The notes beneath the pieces are model-generated. The model was not told the DNA's origin and did not search any database. It was given only the letters and a program-made list of their open reading frames with translations. A DNA stretch of 63,891 nucleotides, filler included, from Reticulomyxa filosa (Eukaryota; Protista; Foraminifera), in assembly GCA_000512085.1 (NCBI GenBank). It is 24 parts of 24 records of this genome, joined end to end, with 100 filler letters (N's around TTAATTAATTAA, not from the genome) between each part and the next. Parts side by side here need not be neighbours in the genome. Positions count along the whole stretch, not along the records: positions 60,598 to 62,487 come from ASPP01009205.1; positions 62,588 to 63,891 come from ASPP01000134.1; 22 more parts are not named here. One strand, given 5' to 3'. This document shows positions 62,461-63,891 of this stretch, one piece after another (positions within the stretch are counted from its first letter, which is position 1; the number at the start of each line of letters is the position of its first letter). The position numbers were made by a program, and so were the translations under genes.

Positions 62461-63891
62461 GCATACATAAACATGTAAAAAAAAAAANNNNNNNNNNNNN
62501 NNNNNNNNNNNNNNNNNNNNNNNNNNNNNNNTTAATTAATTAANNNNNNNNNNNNNNNNNNNNNNNNNNNNNNNNNNNNNNNNNNNNACAAAAAATAAAA
62601 TTTAAACACATATTATTAAAGAAAAGCATGTTAATGTTGATATTGCCATTTCAGCTTTTTAATGAAAACTATCTCAATTTTGTTCATATTCTTTCTTGTT
62701 AATCGACTGTTCATTTTGAGTGTTTCGTTTATTATCTTGTATATATCTGATCTCGCACAAAATCGCAATATCAGATATCTGAAAGTTTCAACTAGTTAAA
62801 AAAAATTTCTTTTTTAGTAGTTTGAAAGTATTTTCTTTGTATCTTTGTCTTTGTTTCTGTTTTCGCCACAATCTTGTTGACGACGAAAATTGATAATAAT
62901 CGAAGATTAACTTCGAAATTCTTTCAGATACTGCTAGATGTTGCAGTATCTAGTTGTTCTGTGCTTGTCTTCCTTCAAAATACAACTTTTTTTTTCAAAA
63001 GTTTATCTAGATGACCAAGGATTTTTTTTTCCTTTATTTGTTTGGACATTCTTTCAATGTTGCTTGAAATAAGTCTTAGGTCTGATTTGTTCTTCCATCT
63101 CCTTGCTTGTAGGAGCTTCATTACCTCATCAAGTTTTGATAATGTTACAATAACAATTGTATTAATTTTTCATTCGCTGATAAGCTCTTTGGCTTGAATT
63201 TGTGTGATCACTAACGTTGGAAATGAAACGTACATGAAATTTTACCTAATTCTCGACGTAAATTTCCATATGTTATCAAATTGATTTTCTCATCATTCTT
63301 TTTCTCGTTCGCTTCAGGTTGCACAGCAATTTGCATTTGCGAAATTTGTTCATTTGTTCTTCTTTTCATATCGGTAATTCTGAAAATTTTATTTCTTTAC
63401 CTTGTTTTTTGATGTATCCATTGCTGATTGTTGATCTTTGCGATAATGGAAATATTAATGCCAGTATCAAAATTGCCAAATAATCCAATCAACATAATTC
63501 CAAATTTCAATTTCCCATTTTACAAAAAAAATATCAACCCCCTTTGCATCATTAAGATCAAACTTAAACGAGTAGTTAATAAATATTTTGAAATAAAGGT
63601 GGATATGGTCACCTCCGTAGGTATGTCTGCTATCTCACTCAACATGTGGATCAAGATAAAAGAAAAGTTGTTATGCTTTCAATTTTGTTTTAAATTTTCT
63701 TGTTTTATCATGGCAGCATTTTTTTGATGTTGCGAAGTTTGATGAATTTACCTCTCAGACATATCGACATTCACATTTCTTTTGGTACCCTGACCTTCTC
63801 TCTGACCAGTAGGATAAAAAAGAAAGTTGACACCTAAAATATCACCTTATAGAGATGATTGTGTTTCTCCATGAAAAGAAAACATTTTAAT

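Noticed and set aside
5448-62587. TTAATTAATTAA recurring 23 times between N-runs, resembling a regular repeat, CRISPR array or recombination site
   Set aside because: It is an invariant synthetic spacer with six-frame stops used to concatenate contigs, not biological sequence.
1-63891. Apparent 'defence island' of two NACHT genes, WD40, TPR and ANK-RelA/SpoT in one window
   Set aside because: Most of these lie on different contigs, so their co-location comes from the concatenation. Only genes within 19625-32699 are truly linked to one another.

Overview
This window is not one continuous locus. It is 24 short eukaryotic contigs joined by 23 identical artificial 100-bp spacers (N44-TTAATTAATTAA-N44), so gene neighbourhood means nothing across a spacer. 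The DNA is AT-rich and carries short GT-AG introns full of homopolymer and (TA)n runs. It also holds decayed NACHT genes, a WD40 family member and copies of an unidentified multi-copy family. This composition points, by inference, to a rhizarian protist, most like the foraminiferan Reticulomyxa filosa. Recognisable genes are RPL35A and RPSA (adjacent), VPS15/PIK3R4, PPIP5K/Vip1, a WDR31-like gene, a Methyltransf_24-type methyltransferase, an ARID protein, a TPR protein, a CAP-Gly protein, a claudin-like 4TM protein, a 7TM protein, a p23/CS-domain fragment, a CCDC137-like gene, an internally deleted choline-monooxygenase-like gene, two NACHT (NLR-like) genes and a non-LTR retrotransposon remnant. 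The strongest novelty candidate is a spliced gene at 28459-32002 encoding a RelA/SpoT-like (alarmone-synthetase-type) nucleotidyltransferase domain between two ankyrin arrays. It sits head-to-head with a kinesin whose switch I/II motifs are degenerate. A second candidate is a possibly myristoylated Zn-ribbon protein with tandem p97/CDC48 N-subdomain-like repeats. All family calls come from motif recognition by eye; no database searches were run.
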